A DNA stretch of 64,000 nt from Guillardia theta CCMP2712 (lineage: Eukaryota; Protista; Cryptophyta): NCBI RefSeq assembly GCF_000315625.1, contig NW_005434672.1:364006-428005 (forward strand). The letters run 5' to 3'. Shown in pieces: positions 10,496 through 23,888 of the stretch. Both the position numbers and the translations under genes were made by a program. Positions within the stretch are counted from its first letter, which is position 1. Every line of letters begins with the position of its first letter. Under the pieces are notes generated by a model. It did not search any database and was not told the origin of the DNA. It saw only the letters and a program-made list of their open reading frames with translations.

Positions 10496-13427
10496 TCACA
10501 TACGCTTCAAGAAGCTCATATGATCGCTCTCTGTCTCCTTCTCCTCCTTCGTCGCCTGCGCTCGCAGGCTCGCAGCCTTGTTGTCGTCCCTCCTGCACCC
10601 TCGGCCCATCAGGTAACAGTCAGCGAGCAGCTTCGTGGCCTCCGCATGCTTCTGCTCCGACGCCTGCTTCACCAGCTTCAGCCCCCTGCTGACGTCCTGC
10701 TGGACGTCTCCGCATCCCTGGAGATACATCTGCCCGAGGGTGAACTGGATGTCACAGAGGCGCCAGAGGGAGTGGCTGAACGATCTCCTCCTCGACGAGG
10801 CGGACCAGCTCTTGAGGGCTTGCTGCAGCAGCTTCGCCGCCTCCTCCTCGTCCGTCGGCACCCCGGCGCCCCGGAGGTGGCAGCAGGCAAGGAGAAAGAG
10901 AGCGCCTGCATGAGGGGAGGAGGAGGAGCTGCGGAGGAGCTCCAGGGCTTTCGTCGGGTCTCGGATGCTGTGGAATTTGAGGTGCATCCAGCCCAGCAGC
11001 GCCTCCGCCTCTCTCGCCTCCTCCTCCCTTGTGACGTTGAGGAGGAGCTGCTGAGCCTGCTGGATGCTGGGAGACGCCTCGTTGAGCTTCATGGCCACCA
11101 GGAGTCCAGCTCGAACGAACGCCAAGTCCTCACCCTTCACTCCTGCCCGGTGGTACCACTCCAGGGCGTCGGTCCAGTTGGAGGAGGCGAAACTTCTCTT
11201 GGCGAGGATCTCGGCGCACAGGAAGTAGTCTCCAGCAGAGAGGGAGGAGGACAGCGAGGAGGACAGGGCCGAGGAAGAGCCGAGCTTGTCGGCCTCCATG
11301 ATCAACTTTGCGGCTCCTAGCTCATCCCTCTTGAGAGTAGAGGAGCCGTTGAGGTACTCGTGGGCAAGAAGCAGCTTCGAGGGCACATGACCCAGCTCGC
11401 TCGCCCGCGTTAGCCACCTGTAGGAGGAGGAGAGGAAAGAGAGGAGGAGAGGAGGAGGAGGAGGAGGAGGAGGAGGAGGAGAAGGAGGAGGAGGAGGAGG
11501 AGAAGGAGGAGAAGGAGGAGGATCAGAGCCGGGAAATCTAGAAGGAAACAAGTGGAGAGGTCTCACTTGATGTACTTGATCTTGCCCTTATCTTCTTCCC
11601 CTCGCTCGCAGAGGATTCCGAGCATGTGGGCTGCTGCTCCGTTCCCTCGAAGTGCTGCTCTCTTTAGCAGCACGATGCCTGTCTTCTTCTTCCTCGGCCC
11701 TCCTTCCCCGTTGACAAGCATCGTCCCATACTCCGCTATGCTTTCAACGTCATTGCAGCGAGCTCCTTCCCTCAGGCACTTCCTCGCTCTCCCCAGCTTC
11801 TCCTTCTCCCTGTAGATCTTCGCCAGGTGGAGCCAAGCTCGCGGTTCCCCTCCTTCAGCCGACTGCTTGAACCATTTCAACATCATCCGACGAGATGCCT
11901 GGTAGGAGCGTCAAACAGCAACAGGCGGGCAGGGTGCTGGTAACCTTGTCCTCTACATCGTTGTCGAAGAGGACCTTGGCAAGCTTGAAGCTGGCGTTTA
12001 CGTTTCCCTTCTGTGCGGACCTCTCAAGGAATTTTATCCCGTCATCGACAGAGAGCTGCGTGCAGATTTGTTATTGATTTGCTGGGCAGACATCAACTTT
12101 CCTCACCACACTCTGGGCAATCTCTTGCTCCACCTCCTGCATCCTGTACGCATCGACGACCCCCGTCTTGAGAGCCTCCCTCTTGTCCTCAACCTCCCTG
12201 CCGTTGGTCACGTTGTAGTCCAAGATCAGGGTCGCCATCGCAAGCTCAGCTTCAGCGTCGTGCTGCCGAGAGGTCACAATCCGCCAGCTCGATTTCACTA
12301 CCTCACCTGCTTTGCAGCAGCTCGGTAGTAGTCGAAAGACCGGTAGCGGTCCTTGTCAAAGTGTCTGCTTCCTGACATGTACAGCTTTCCTAGCTCCACA
12401 TTTGCCTCGCATGCTCCCTACACACTTCACGGGTCAAGAAGGAAGGGAGAGAGGGAGAGAGGGAGAGAGGGAGAGAGGGAGGGAGGAAGAGAGAGGGAAG
12501 GAGAGAGGGAGGGAACTCGAGATGTCAAGACCTGGGCTGCGGCTTTCTCCATCCAGCGAACATACGCTCCAAAGTTCACCTGGAGCCCGTAGAGACCATC
12601 CTTGAAGCATCTTGCCAGTCTCATCTGCGCTTCTACGAGCCCCAGACCGGCCGACCGGGCCAGCAGACTCCGAATTTCCTCAGCCTTCTCCTTATCCTTG
12701 GCTCCTGCTCTCAGCGCTTCCTCCAACATGGCAGCCAGCTGAAACTGAGCCTGGGCACTGTTGTTGTCCGCTGCCCTTCGAAGCATCCGCATCCCTCCCT
12801 CTTCATCCGCCTCCATTCCTGGTGCAAGCTTCATGAATCTCCATCCTCCCTCCCTTCCTCCCTTCACCTGTTCCCTTCAGCATGCAGACTGCCAGGTTGT
12901 ACTGTGCCTTCGCATGACCCTTCTTGGCTGCCCGGGTCAGCCACATGATCGCTCTGCTCATGCGCTTCTGCTGGAGTACCGGACCTGCTCGCCTCTCGAA
13001 AGCGAGCTTCATGAGTTGAGCCGCAAGGTTGAACTGAGACGATCGTCAAAACAAGGACCAGGACCATGACTATGGCTATCCCTATCGTCATCGTCCTCAG
13101 TCACATAATCACCACAGTCATTATCATCAACTTTAGCTCTCCATCATTATCATAATCATTTCACCATGTACACCATCATAAGCATCTTCATCTCTCCACC
13201 ATCACGCTTCCCTCCACTTTGGAGTGTTACTATCGCACTTCTCTCTTCATTGCAAACACTGACAGCCAGTCTCATGCCTGTGCCGTCGGGTCCCCTTGCT
13301 TGGCGAGCGACACGCTAACTTTCGATTCCAACTTCTGCGCATTCTCGACTGCAGAGCTCAAGTAGGAGTCCTGGACGCTCTTGGGGAGGTGAGATTTCGA
13401 GTCAGACTCCTCGTCAGACTGACCCAT
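10496..13427 (-). CDS. Sel1-like repeat (SLR) protein, multi-exon
   Basis: Many Sel1 repeats: WLTRAAKKGHAKAQYNLAVCMLKG, AADNNSAQAQFQLA, QFTLGQMYLQGCGDVQQDVSRG, ASEQKHAEATKLLADCYLMGRG. Start codon is tentative. Confidence 0.85.
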
Positions 13428-13791
13428 CTGAAGGAGCAGCTCAGTGAGGAAGAGAAGGAGTGGGAAGAGGGAGAGGAGGACCAGGAGGAAGGAGGAGGAT
13501 CATAGAGTCAGGGAGGGAGGGAGGGAGGAAGGGAGGAAGGGAGGGAGGGAGAAGAAGAGAAGTGAAGCAAGAGATTGTCTGTACAAGGAATTGATGAGAG
13601 ATGGCAAGCAAGGAGCGGAAGATGAGCAGAGGGAGAAGGAGGAGGACAGGGGCAGAAGAGAAGGGGAAGAGTTGTTGATGGCAGGGAGGTAGGAGGAAGC
13701 AAGGAGAGCAAAAGGGGAGAGGGGGCGGGAAGATAGAGGGAAATCAGCTGTGAGAGTGAAAAACTTCATTGATTCGTCTTGTGTTGTCCCT

Positions 13792-13863
13792 TCACGCCTT
13801 CTTTCCTCGAGACTTGAGGGTAGAAACGAGAGAGGAGATGCTGGGATCCAGCCTCGACCTTTT

Positions 13864-13896
<33 letters not shown>

Positions 13897-16800
13897 CTGG
13901 CCGGCCTTTCCGTTCGCGTGACCCTCCGTCTGCAAGTGGCGTCAACGACGGGGAAGGGAGGAGGAGACAGGCTACTTCAGCGTGATTTCTCTTGCTCCTC
14001 CTGTCCTGCCCCTCCTTCATCAACTTGGACAGCCCGGGGGTCTTGCGGAACTGACAGCGAACGGTTACCATCAGTCATGGGTTGGGAGCGAGAGGGCAGG
14101 AGGGCAGGAGGGCAGGAGGGCAGGAGGGCAGGAGGGCGGGATGGCAGGAGAAGGGGAGGAGGCAGAGGAGGAGGTAGAGGAGGAGGTAGAGGAGGAGGTA
14201 GAGGAGAGTTCGAGCACCTGAGGGTCCGTGGGGTCAAGAGCAAACTTGGGGTCGCTATCAGCAGTGTCAGCACGTGCGGGATAAGACCGACTTACTCGTC
14301 TTACCTGTACACGGACGCGAAGCGAGGATCGTTGAGATCAAGCTTGAAGCTGTCTTCCCTCTCTCCCTCTCCCTCCTCCTTCTCCCCCTTCTTCTTCCCC
14401 TTCTTCTTCTTCTTCTTGGTCACCTCCTCCCCAGCAAGCTGCGATGCCCTGGAGGTTGGCAGGCGGGTCAGGATGGAGGGCGTGCGATCCAAGAGGAGGG
14501 GCACCGGCCAAGAGCGCTGTGCTTGATGCTGTATCCTCGCTTTCCCTCGTTAGCGTCATCCATCATGAGGAGCTCGAGCTGCTGCCTCTCCCTCGCTTTC
14601 CTCTCCTCCTCCTCCTCCTGCGAAGCTCTCAGCCTCCCGTGGCGATTCCGCTGACTTGACAAACGCACCTGTTCCATCTGCTTCTGAGGATTCTTGCCCT
14701 TGCCCTTGTTGCCCTTGAGCAGAGTCAGGAAGGAGAAGAGAAAAGGAGAAAGAGAACAAAGGCGAGCGAGTGAGCAGCAGCCAAGCAGAAGCAGGAGGAT
14801 CAGGATAAGGATAAGGATAAGCTGAAGGAGGAGGAGGAGGAGGAAGTCAAACATAAAAAGATTGTGGAGCTGACCTTCCCTCTCTTCCACATCCCTCTAT
14901 CCTCCTCCTCCTCCTCGTCAGGGATCTGGAAGAATGGATCGTTCTCGAACACGCTGTCATCGACAAACTCCGATCCAGCAGGCAGCTCGCTCTCGTCAAG
15001 CTTCTCCTCCTCGTCTCCTGCTCCTCAGCTCTTGAGCCTCATGCTCCTCCTCCCTCTGACAGCTCACCCTTCTCACCCTTTTTCATCCTCTTCTCCTTCT
15101 TCTTCTCAGCCTGCAACCATTGAGAAACGTTGAACGTCCTCTCCCGTTCTCCCTCACCCTCTTCTTCTGGTACTTGTCCCAGACCGTCATTTCGCTCTCC
15201 TCCTCTCGCACTTGCTGTTAGGCACAAGTTGTCAGTTCTACATCCTCGCAACTCTCCCCTACCTCCTTCGCCTCCCCTCCTCCTCCTCCTCCTCCTCCTC
15301 CTCCTCCTCCTCCTCCTGCAACACCTCCTCTGCTCCTCCTGCTCCTCCTGCTCCTCCTGCTCCTCCTGCTCCTTCACTACTCACTTTTGTATCTCATCCC
15401 AGATTGTTGTCGGGTCATGCCCGTGTTCTCTCAGCCATTTACAGATCGAAGTGAAAGTTCGCTGACGCAGCTCGTCAAATTCTTCAAATCTCCTCCNNNN
15501 NNNNNNNNNNNNNNNNNNNNNNNNNNNNNNNNNNNNNNNNNNNNNNNNNNNNNNNNNNNNNNNNNNNNNNNNNNNNNNNNNNNNNNNNNNNNNNNNTTCT
15601 TCCCGCTTCCCTTTCCCCCATGTCTTCTCCCGCCCTTCTCTCCACCCCCCACGCTTTCTCCACCTTGTTCCTCAGCAGCTGATCCCCGATGGATGACAAA
15701 CCTTGCATGTGAAAGTCAGTCCTTGACTTCAACTACCTCCATTCCTCTCCTCCTCCCATCCATACTGCGCGCCCCTCTCTCCACTCTCTCTCCCTTCCCT
15801 CCTGCTCCTCCCGGCTCTTCATCCTTACCAGGTGTGAACGTAACCACAACATCCTCGGTCGCCTTCTCGTCCCCTTGCTTTCTGCATGCAGTGGTCAACA
15901 GACACCTACAACAGCTCCTTCCAGCTTCCTCTCTGGCCCTTTCTACTTTGCCTCCGTCCTTCCTCCTTTTCATCCCCCCACCTCGACCCCCGTGCCCACC
16001 GGCCCGCCCTCCACGGTCCATTCCGCACTCCCCTTTCTCCTTCCTACCTGGCCCCCTCCCCCTCCCCCTCTCCTCCCCTCACCCAAACACGGACGCGCTT
16101 GATTTCGCTGCACCCAGAAGCGCCTCCCTTGCCTTCTCCCTCCTCTGATTCTTTCAAGGCATCAGAAGAGCAGCAGGAAGATGCGGAGGACAACCTCCTC
16201 CTCGTCCTCCTCCTCGTCAGACGTGGCGATGAATTGAGAGTAGTCGATCATCTTCAAGAGCATGAGAACAAACAAGAACAGTGCCTCCTTCTTCGCCGAG
16301 TACCTGCATCTCCTTCTCCTTCTTCCCCTTCTTCTTCTTCTTCCCGCCCGGAAGCCCCTTCCCGTGCAGCACGTCTCTGCTGGGATCGTCTTCGTCCCAT
16401 GAGAGCTGCATCAACCATTACATCCTCCACCTCCTCCCACTGCATCCTCCCCCCTCCCCTTCACCTCTCGTTCCACCCCACGCACCCCCCTCCTCCCCCT
16501 CCCCGTCTCCTTCCCTTTCCTCCCCTCCTCTTCCCATCCTCTCTCACAGCTGCCTCACCCACCTTGACTTTCGTATGTCCCATGGCGTTGTTAATGAAGA
16601 AGGGGCTGACGTAATCGCTGGGGACCTGGGGGGCAGTCGATGTCAGCCCTTTCACCATTGTCCTTGCGCCACTTACGCTCGTAGCCACAGCATGGACTTC
16701 GCTCTCCTCAAACTCTTCTTCATCCGGGATGTACCTGCCTACCTTCAGCCGCCTCCTCCCTCCCCGCGCCTTCACCTCAGGTCGATCACGTTGGCAGAGG

Positions 16801-18110
16801 CCTCGTACTCGACGCCATCGCACATGGCGTAGATGCACTTGGCCGTGCGGGCGCTGCCCGGGCAAGGTTAGAAAGGAAGTCAAGGTGAGGTGCGAGGAGA
16901 ACAACGAGGAGGCAGAGGAAGCAGAATGTAGGGAGAGGGAGGGCGGGAGCGAGCGAGCGAGCGAGCGAGGGGGGGAGCGCGGGAAGGGAAGGAGAACAAA
17001 ACCAAAAAGGCAGAACAAGAGTTGACAGGAACAAGAGATGGAGCTGTGCAAACCCACCTGTCACATTCCACCACGGCATAGAAGTACTTGAGTTTCTCCG
17101 CCTCATACCTGGCAGGCTGATCAGCATCTCCCGATCGGGTCTGAGCGTGCAACAGCACCTCCTCAGCTTCACCATATCGACCTCCTCCTCATCTCCTCCG
17201 CCATTGTCGTCCTCTGAATCATCTGTAGACAAGAAAGATCACTGATTCAGACGAGGCAGCACCCCTCGCCCGCACCCTGGTCCTCCGATTTTATCCCCAG
17301 GTACTGCGCTGGACCCTCATGCTTCTCCTGCGAGCTCCCTCGTCACGCACTCTCAGTTCAATTGCTCCCCCTCACCTTCTCCATCCTCTCCTTGCCGAAC
17401 TCGCTCGGGTAAATTTTGACAGAGGTCACCTCCCCGTTGGAAGGGGCAAACGACCTCAGCAGCACAAGGAGGTCGACAGCCTTCACTCGTTTCCAGTCCA
17501 GGTTCACGACCGCCAATCTCCTCGTCTCCTCTCCTGCTTGGATCGTCTCTGTGACTGGAAGCACGGGCTGGGAAACATCGATGGCCTCGCTGAACAGCTT
17601 CTCGTCTACTCCGAAGTTGTCCTCCTCCTCGTCCTCGTCCTCCGACGACGATTCAGTCCAATCAAGCATGGCCTCTCTCAGATCTTTGTGCTGCAGTTTT
17701 GCTGAAACATTCTCACTCGTCTTGCCCTTGGTTGCCTTGTCGGACTTCTTGTCCTTGTCTCCCTTGGGTTTCAAGTCTTTCTTCATCTCCTTCCCCTTCT
17801 CTCCTTTGAGCACCTTCTTTCCTCCTTTCTTCTCTTGCACAGCCTTTCCAGCATTCTCGCCATCAGAATCTCCCCGCTCCTCCCCCTCCTCGTCCTCCTC
17901 GTCCATGTGATAGAACCTCTTCAGGTCTTCCTTGCTTTCGTGCTTGACCTTCCTACCGTACTTGTCTATCACCGTCTTCCTCGAGAAGGAGCTGTTCTCA
18001 TCCAGCAGCGACTTGAACCTCTCATCAATCTTCACCTTCCTCTTCTTCTTGGGCACCAGCCTGAACCGCGGGTCCTCCACCTGCCCCTTGAACCTTTCGT
18101 CTGCTACCAT
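13792..18110 (-). CDS. ESF1: Pre-rRNA processing protein ESF1
   Basis: DPRF...KVKIDERF...IDKYGR, ETRRLAVVNLDWKRVKAVDL, VKIYPSEFGKERM, KYFYAVVECD, IDLRYIPD, NUC153 motif LDLNDPRFASVY...FALDPTDP. Ends SSLVSTLKSRGKKA*. Spans the gap at 15497-15596. Confidence 0.95.
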
Positions 18111-18374
18111 TGCGCACGTGAAATTTTGGTCGGGGTGGGGAATGGTGGGGTTCTAACGGGTTTGCAACGGCACCGATTGGAGCTGTGGGGGGAAGAGGGG
18201 GCCAAGTATTCTTTCCCGCCATTTTCGCTTCCTCCTCAGTCGGACGTTTCCTCGTCCTCCCCTCCAGCCCACAAATCCCAACCACGGTGACCTCGTGAGC
18301 CCCGACCGCAGTCTCCCGCTTCCCCTCGTCCTCTGCATTGACCTTGACGCCTCTCGTCGTGCATTGAAGCCTCA
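18111..18374. promoter_or_regulatory. Short bidirectional promoter region between ESF1 and WRAP73
   Basis: Head-to-head start codons only 264 bp apart. Confidence 0.55.
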
Positions 18375-20464
18375 ATGGAGTTCTCGAACTCCTTCGAAGT
18401 TAGTGGGCCGTACAGGTGGTCTCCTGACGGTTCCATGGTCGCGACGTGCTCGGGCAACCGCCTGTTTGTGCGAGACACCGCATCTCTGATGATTATCAAC
18501 ATCTTCAGCAACCTCGAGACCGTCTCCAAGATCGAATGGTCCACAGATAACCGCTATATCCTATGTGAGAATCATCTTAACGCGCGTGAGCGTCCTTGCT
18601 GACTCATGGCCTGCCAGGCGCCATGTACAAGTGCGGGACGGTGCAGGTTTGGGACGTCGACCACCCTGAGTGGTTGTGTAAGATCCGAGAGGGACCAGCA
18701 GGCCTGTCCTTCAGTCAATGGGTGCCAGGGGAGAGGCAGATTCTCAACACGAACGAGTTCAACGTCAGGATCACCGTCTGGTCTCTTTCCAGCGGAGCAG
18801 GGGTTGTCGCTTCCCTGAGGTCGCCGAAGTTCGCGGAGAAGGCCATGGATTTCAGCAGTGAGTGTCTATCTCGTTTTGAGAATGACAGTGGCTGACTCAC
18901 TCTCCCCTCTCGTGTTGAGCAGGAGACAAGAAGTTCTTTGCGGTGATTGCAGTCAAAGCGGTGGGGAGGGGGGCGATGAAGAAACTGACAATCCTACCTT
19001 GCGCAGGTTGCCGAGAGAAAGGACTGCAAGGACTTTATTCAGATCTATAGAACGGGAACTTGGAATCCAATCCATCGCTTTCAAGTTGAATCGAAGGACT
19101 TGGCAGACATACGGTGAGACCCGACTTGATCTTCAATGTGATGTGAATGACCGAAATGCAGGTGGTCTCCGGATGACAGGGTGAATAGCTTTGCACCTCC
19201 TTCAGTCTCCTCATCGCTCAACCTGTGCTTGCAGGTGATTGGAGTGTGGGACACGACTCTGGAGTATGCTTTCTTTGCGTGAGCTTTGCACGGCCTTCCG
19301 GAGCGATGAGTTGACCGCCGCTGCAGATATTCGCCTGAAGGTCGAATGCTGGGGAGATATCAGGTGTTGAACTTCAGACTGTTTGTGCGCTGGGAAATTC
19401 AGCAACATCTCACTGCAATAAAGGCCTACACAGATGCGCTAGGGATCAAGAATGTATCATGGGCGCCGTCGTCACAGTTTGTAGCGATCGGGAGCTATGA
19501 TTGCAAAACCAGGATCCTGAACCAGCTCACGTGTGCCTGCAGCTTGCACATGTCCTTCGCAATCTCACATTCTTCTGCCAGCTGGAGACCCATACGGGAT
19601 TATGAGCATGAGCAGGAAGTCTCACACAAGCAGGCTCTGGTGTACCTGGAGTCAGATCTTAGCGGTAGTCGCTCTTGATTGCAAACCATCTACGCTGAAT
19701 ACTCGACACAGGAACCATCGATCAGCCCACTCTTGGCGATCATGCGGCTCATGCTGTTTCGAAAAGCACATACAAGCTCCTCGACGAAATCAATTCCAAG
19801 GTCAGAATTCCTTCGGTCAAGTGCAACCCTGAAAAAGCAAACCCGAAGATGGGAATCGGCCTTCTGAATGTAAGTTTGGACCAGCTTTTCGCATGCAGCC
19901 ATTTCTGCAACCCCAGTGTGACTTGCGTATTGCTGTTGCAGTGGAGTTGTGATAGCAGTCTTCTTTGTACTCGGGCAGACAACATGCCCAACGCCCTCTT
20001 CATCTGGGACGCTCTGAAGCTCGAGTTGTTCTCGGTGATTGTCCAGGTACCTTCCTTTCCTTCTGATCTCTTCTGCTTGCTCGACTGACAGTGTTCAAGT
20101 TGGCCCCCATCAAGGCGTTCAGGTGGCATCCCAAGGAGTGCAAACTCGTCAGGCTCTCAATCGCTACACAGGTTTTTGCTCACTCCGTGCTGTAGGCGGT
20201 ATGCACTGGCGGAAAGACGATCTACTCGTGGTCTAGGGACGGCGCTTCCTGTATACAGGTGGAGATTGGATGAGCATCCTTGGGTTCCCTCATCACCCCA
20301 TGGCGCAGGTGCCACTCAACGACTTTGTGGTGCAAGAGATCGAGTGGTCTCCGAGCGGCCATGCCCTCTTCCTCTCGGTGGGTGGATGAACAGCCTTTAG
20401 CCTCCTGCTGATATTCTCTGCCTCCCAGGACCGAGACGCCTTTTCCATCGCCTTCTTGGCCTAA
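18375..20464 (+). CDS. WRAP73: WD-repeat protein WRAP73/WDR8 (centriole/basal body)
   Basis: MEFSNSF...WSPDG...IEWSTDNRYILC, VQVWDVDHPEWLCKIREGPAGL, EFNVRITVWSL, ALGIKNVSWAPSSQFVAIGSYD, TRADNMPNALFIWD. Many short GT-AG introns. Confidence 0.93.
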
Positions 20465-21174
20465 AAGCAGGCACCTGACTCCTTTCTTCGAGCAATTGAC
20501 CATGGCGAGCCGTCGCGCCGCCCCATGGCATGTAAAGTATGAAATGTACACAACCCCCGGCACATCCACATGTTTTGGAGCTACTAATCAAGAAAAGCAA
20601 GCAAGCGATACTCTGCCTCCCTTTCACAGAGTGGTCCTTCTCCCCTCCTCCCTGTTACTATCCTCTCCTCTTACTCTCTGCATCCCCACAAGTTGTGGTT
20701 CCCTCGACTCTCGTTCCTATATTCTGCTCCCGCCGGGGCAGCACAAACATTTTTAGTCTCTTGACCAAAGTGAGCTCGCCTCAAATATCTCTTTAGTTGA
20801 CTCATAAGACAGCTCAACATATTCGTCTTCCTCTACCGCCTGGTTCGCATGTCAGCGCTACTCCTTCGTCAGCTTGCCTCTATCCTCCACCTACATCAGG
20901 CAACCAGCTTCAACCTGTCTCTTTCGCTACCGACGCAGCCCTCTACGTAACCAAGAATCCACCTCATCAACGTCTCCATCCTCGACAGGAAATCTTCCTT
21001 CCTTCCTTGACTTCAAGGACACAACTGAACTTTCCCGCCGACCCCTCAACTTTCATGCCCACATACAAGGTGAGAAAACAAGGATTCATGAGACGGCATC
21101 GCGCTTGGCACCCGATTATTCCTACCCAAAGCCAAGACAGGGTGATCATTTCACTGAGCTGAGTTAACGATCTC

Positions 21175-21461
21175 ATGCAGGGTGACGATGGGCTTTCTGA
21201 GGCGGAGCGGAGAGCGTATGCAGTATGCCAGACCCTCTCGTGCAGACATGCAGACTGTCTGAAGAAGAACCTGTATGTTGACGAGAAGGTGAAACAATGT
21301 CAACTTGGCAGAGAGCCCGGGCTGACCTTGAGGCAGCTGCGCAAGGAGAGATGCGGGCCCCTCTATGACATGTGGCGCAAGTGCTTCGACTCTGAGGTAA
21401 CTTGCTATCCGCAGAGAGGACCACTGAATCATCGCGTGCTTGCACATAGGTTCAGAAATGA
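21175..21461 (+). CDS. Small twin-CX9C mitochondrial intermembrane-space protein (CMC4-like)
   Basis: Three exons give MQGDDGLSEAERRAYAVCQTLSCRHADCLKKNLYVDEK-LRKERCGPLYDMWRKCFDSE-VQK*, i.e. CX4CX4C plus CX9C. Confidence 0.7.
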
Positions 21462-21544
21462 GCCAGGAGCGTTGGCGAGCGTTCGCCCCTACGAAGTGCA
21501 AAGCCGCACTCCGAGGATGGATCGTTTGCGGACTTTTAATCTCG

Positions 21545-22504
21545 TCAACGCTTCTTCTTCTCGATGTGATCCTTCAAGCTTTCAAGGGCTGTCTGCATGA
21601 TGGCCCCAACAATCTGCTTCCTCGCAAATTCGGGGATGACGAACCCAAACTCGAGCAGCAGCTCGTACGTCATCTTGGTGTCGCCTCCTCCCAAAGTCTC
21701 GAACCTGCCCAGAATATCAGGAGGGGGAGGGGAAAGAAGAGAGGGCAGGAGAAGAAAAGTACCGGAAGCATCCGTCCAGTGTCTTCATGATATCTCCTGA
21801 GATCGAATGAAACTTGACGAGACGAGGTGCTTCGTATGAGTATTCAACTACGTTAACCATATCGATGCCAAGTTTGCCGGCCGTGAACTGACAACCGCCA
21901 TGTCAACACAAAGAGAACAACGATCGCTGATTGGAAACCAAACAAAACTCACCTCAACTTTGCTGCACATCCCATCATCATTGCGATCCAGCACCTTTAC
22001 TTTCTTCATGCCGCCTTTCCTACACCATGTGGCATAGTCGTCAAGATCAGCTGCAGCTCCGTAGCACTCATCGATGCTCGCATCCACTATGATGGATTGC
22101 TTCAGGAAATGGGAATCAATTTCTTCCTCCGATTCTTCTACAACTTCAGGTTTCACGTCCCGGTTCATCACTCTTGATGTCACAACATCTGTTCCTACTC
22201 GCCCCCTTGGTATTTGACATGACGCCCCGTTCCTGAGTGAAATCTACAATCGCACACACGGTCAGATTCAGCTAGTCGCTTCATGTAAGAAATAATGACG
22301 GAAAGGCAATCGACTTTGAGCTCAGGACAAGCCGTGGCCAGAGGAAAAACATGCCACGATAACGAATGGGTGGGTTACCTGTCGTGTTTCCGGTCCCTGG
22401 TGGACGAGCGCTGACGGTAAGCGAAGAGGAGCAATGAAGCCGCGAGAGGGGAGGATCTGAATCATCAAGAGAGCGCATGCAAGGGCCATGGGTGCTGTCT
22501 CCAT
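21545..22504 (-). CDS. Plastid-targeted SRPBCC/START-fold polyketide cyclase-like protein
   Basis: Signal peptide with +1 Phe (ALLMIQILPSRG-FIAP). Domain QSIIVDASIDECYGAAADLDDYATW...VKVLDR...ISGDIMKTLDG...TKMTYEL...TALESLKDHIEKKKR*. Confidence 0.8.
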
Positions 22505-23888
22505 ACTGTGAGTTGCCCTATGCCTGCCAGAGAACCCAACCATAGATTGGGTTTGTTGTTGGGGTGGGGTATTTCTGTGGAAAAATGGGGGTGACAAGGG
22601 TGGGCACAGATGAATCAACTCACAAGAAAAGTGGTCCATGTCACGGGTCCTTTTCATTCAATTTGCTGGTTTATTTATAGGTAGGGTAGTGTACCCCACC
22701 CTCAATTGTGACACCTTTGCTAGATCTGTGGTGCCTTTTCTAGCATGAGCCAAACTGTATCTGACGGGTACTACGGTTCTATATGATTCTACTAGGGGTT
22801 ATGATCAAGAGGGAGGGTCGGGGGACCCTGCAGGGTTGAGATATACCATCTTTTTCCGATCCGGGATCGGAGCCCGGCGGTGGCCGCGCCGTCAGTGCTC
22901 GCCGGGAGCAGCCGCCGGGCCCCGGCGGCCCTCGGACCGTACTTTTCAACTCAGACGGTGATAAATCCGTCAGGAGGTAAAGCAAATATTGCGGTAATTA
23001 TTATTATTATTTTACTAAAACTGTTTTACCGGTCTTACTAACATATAAGTAGTAAAGGGGTTGGTAAAGGTTGGGGGTACATCGCAAACTCTTAAACTCG
23101 AGAGGTTTGAGGGGTAAAGGGAGGTCGAGGCAGTGGAGTACCACAGGCTCGTGCGAAAAGTATCGTGATCGGGGAACGGAAAAGAGGTATTTTCGGGTTA
23201 GAGGAGTAAATGGTGAAAGACAGGATCAAAGAAGTCACGGTACCTTCACTATAGGAAGTCACGGGGCTCAGAGATACCGTTTGTCTCGTGCGAGTGATAA
23301 GGTTGGTTGACGGGGTGGGGGTTTATCGATGTAGGGGTATCTCCAAAGAATGACTCCTTAGAAGAGGGGAAGGGTAAATACGAGCAATGAAGGAGTGGGT
23401 CATTTGGGAAGATTGCGGTGGTGGGGGTTATCATTGGGGTAGGTGGGGGTACATAAATATTCACCATACCCGAGGGGGCCGTTAGTTAGACATCGAGGAA
23501 GTAGGGGGTCAGGTCTATTCGATAGGTACACAGTAGGAGTGAGCTCTGTAGTAAAGAGGCAAAGGAGAAATTTTCTCGAAAGTGAAGTTTTTCGCGGTTT
23601 TTGATTTGACAAAAAGACTCAATTTCGTGTCTGTTTTGCAACCAGGATCAAAGGACTTAGTACAAGCACAACGTTTCAAATGCAACCTCCTAATTCCCCC
23701 CGCTCGACTTCTACAAGAGGAGGAGGAAGGAGGCAAACGCCAGAACAGCACACAAGCTATCAGCAAACCAAGCATTGTCGACAAGATCGATTGCAGCAAA
23801 GCGCCAACAAGACAAATATCAGCGAAGCGCGAAAGCACACCCCCGTATTTGAAACAAATCTTGAAACTGATATCGAGGAACAGCTAGA

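Noticed and set aside
21151-21501. Antisense ORF suggesting the cyclase overlaps the CX9C gene
   Set aside because: The cyclase frame stops at 21545 (DHIEKKKR*), so there is no coding overlap.
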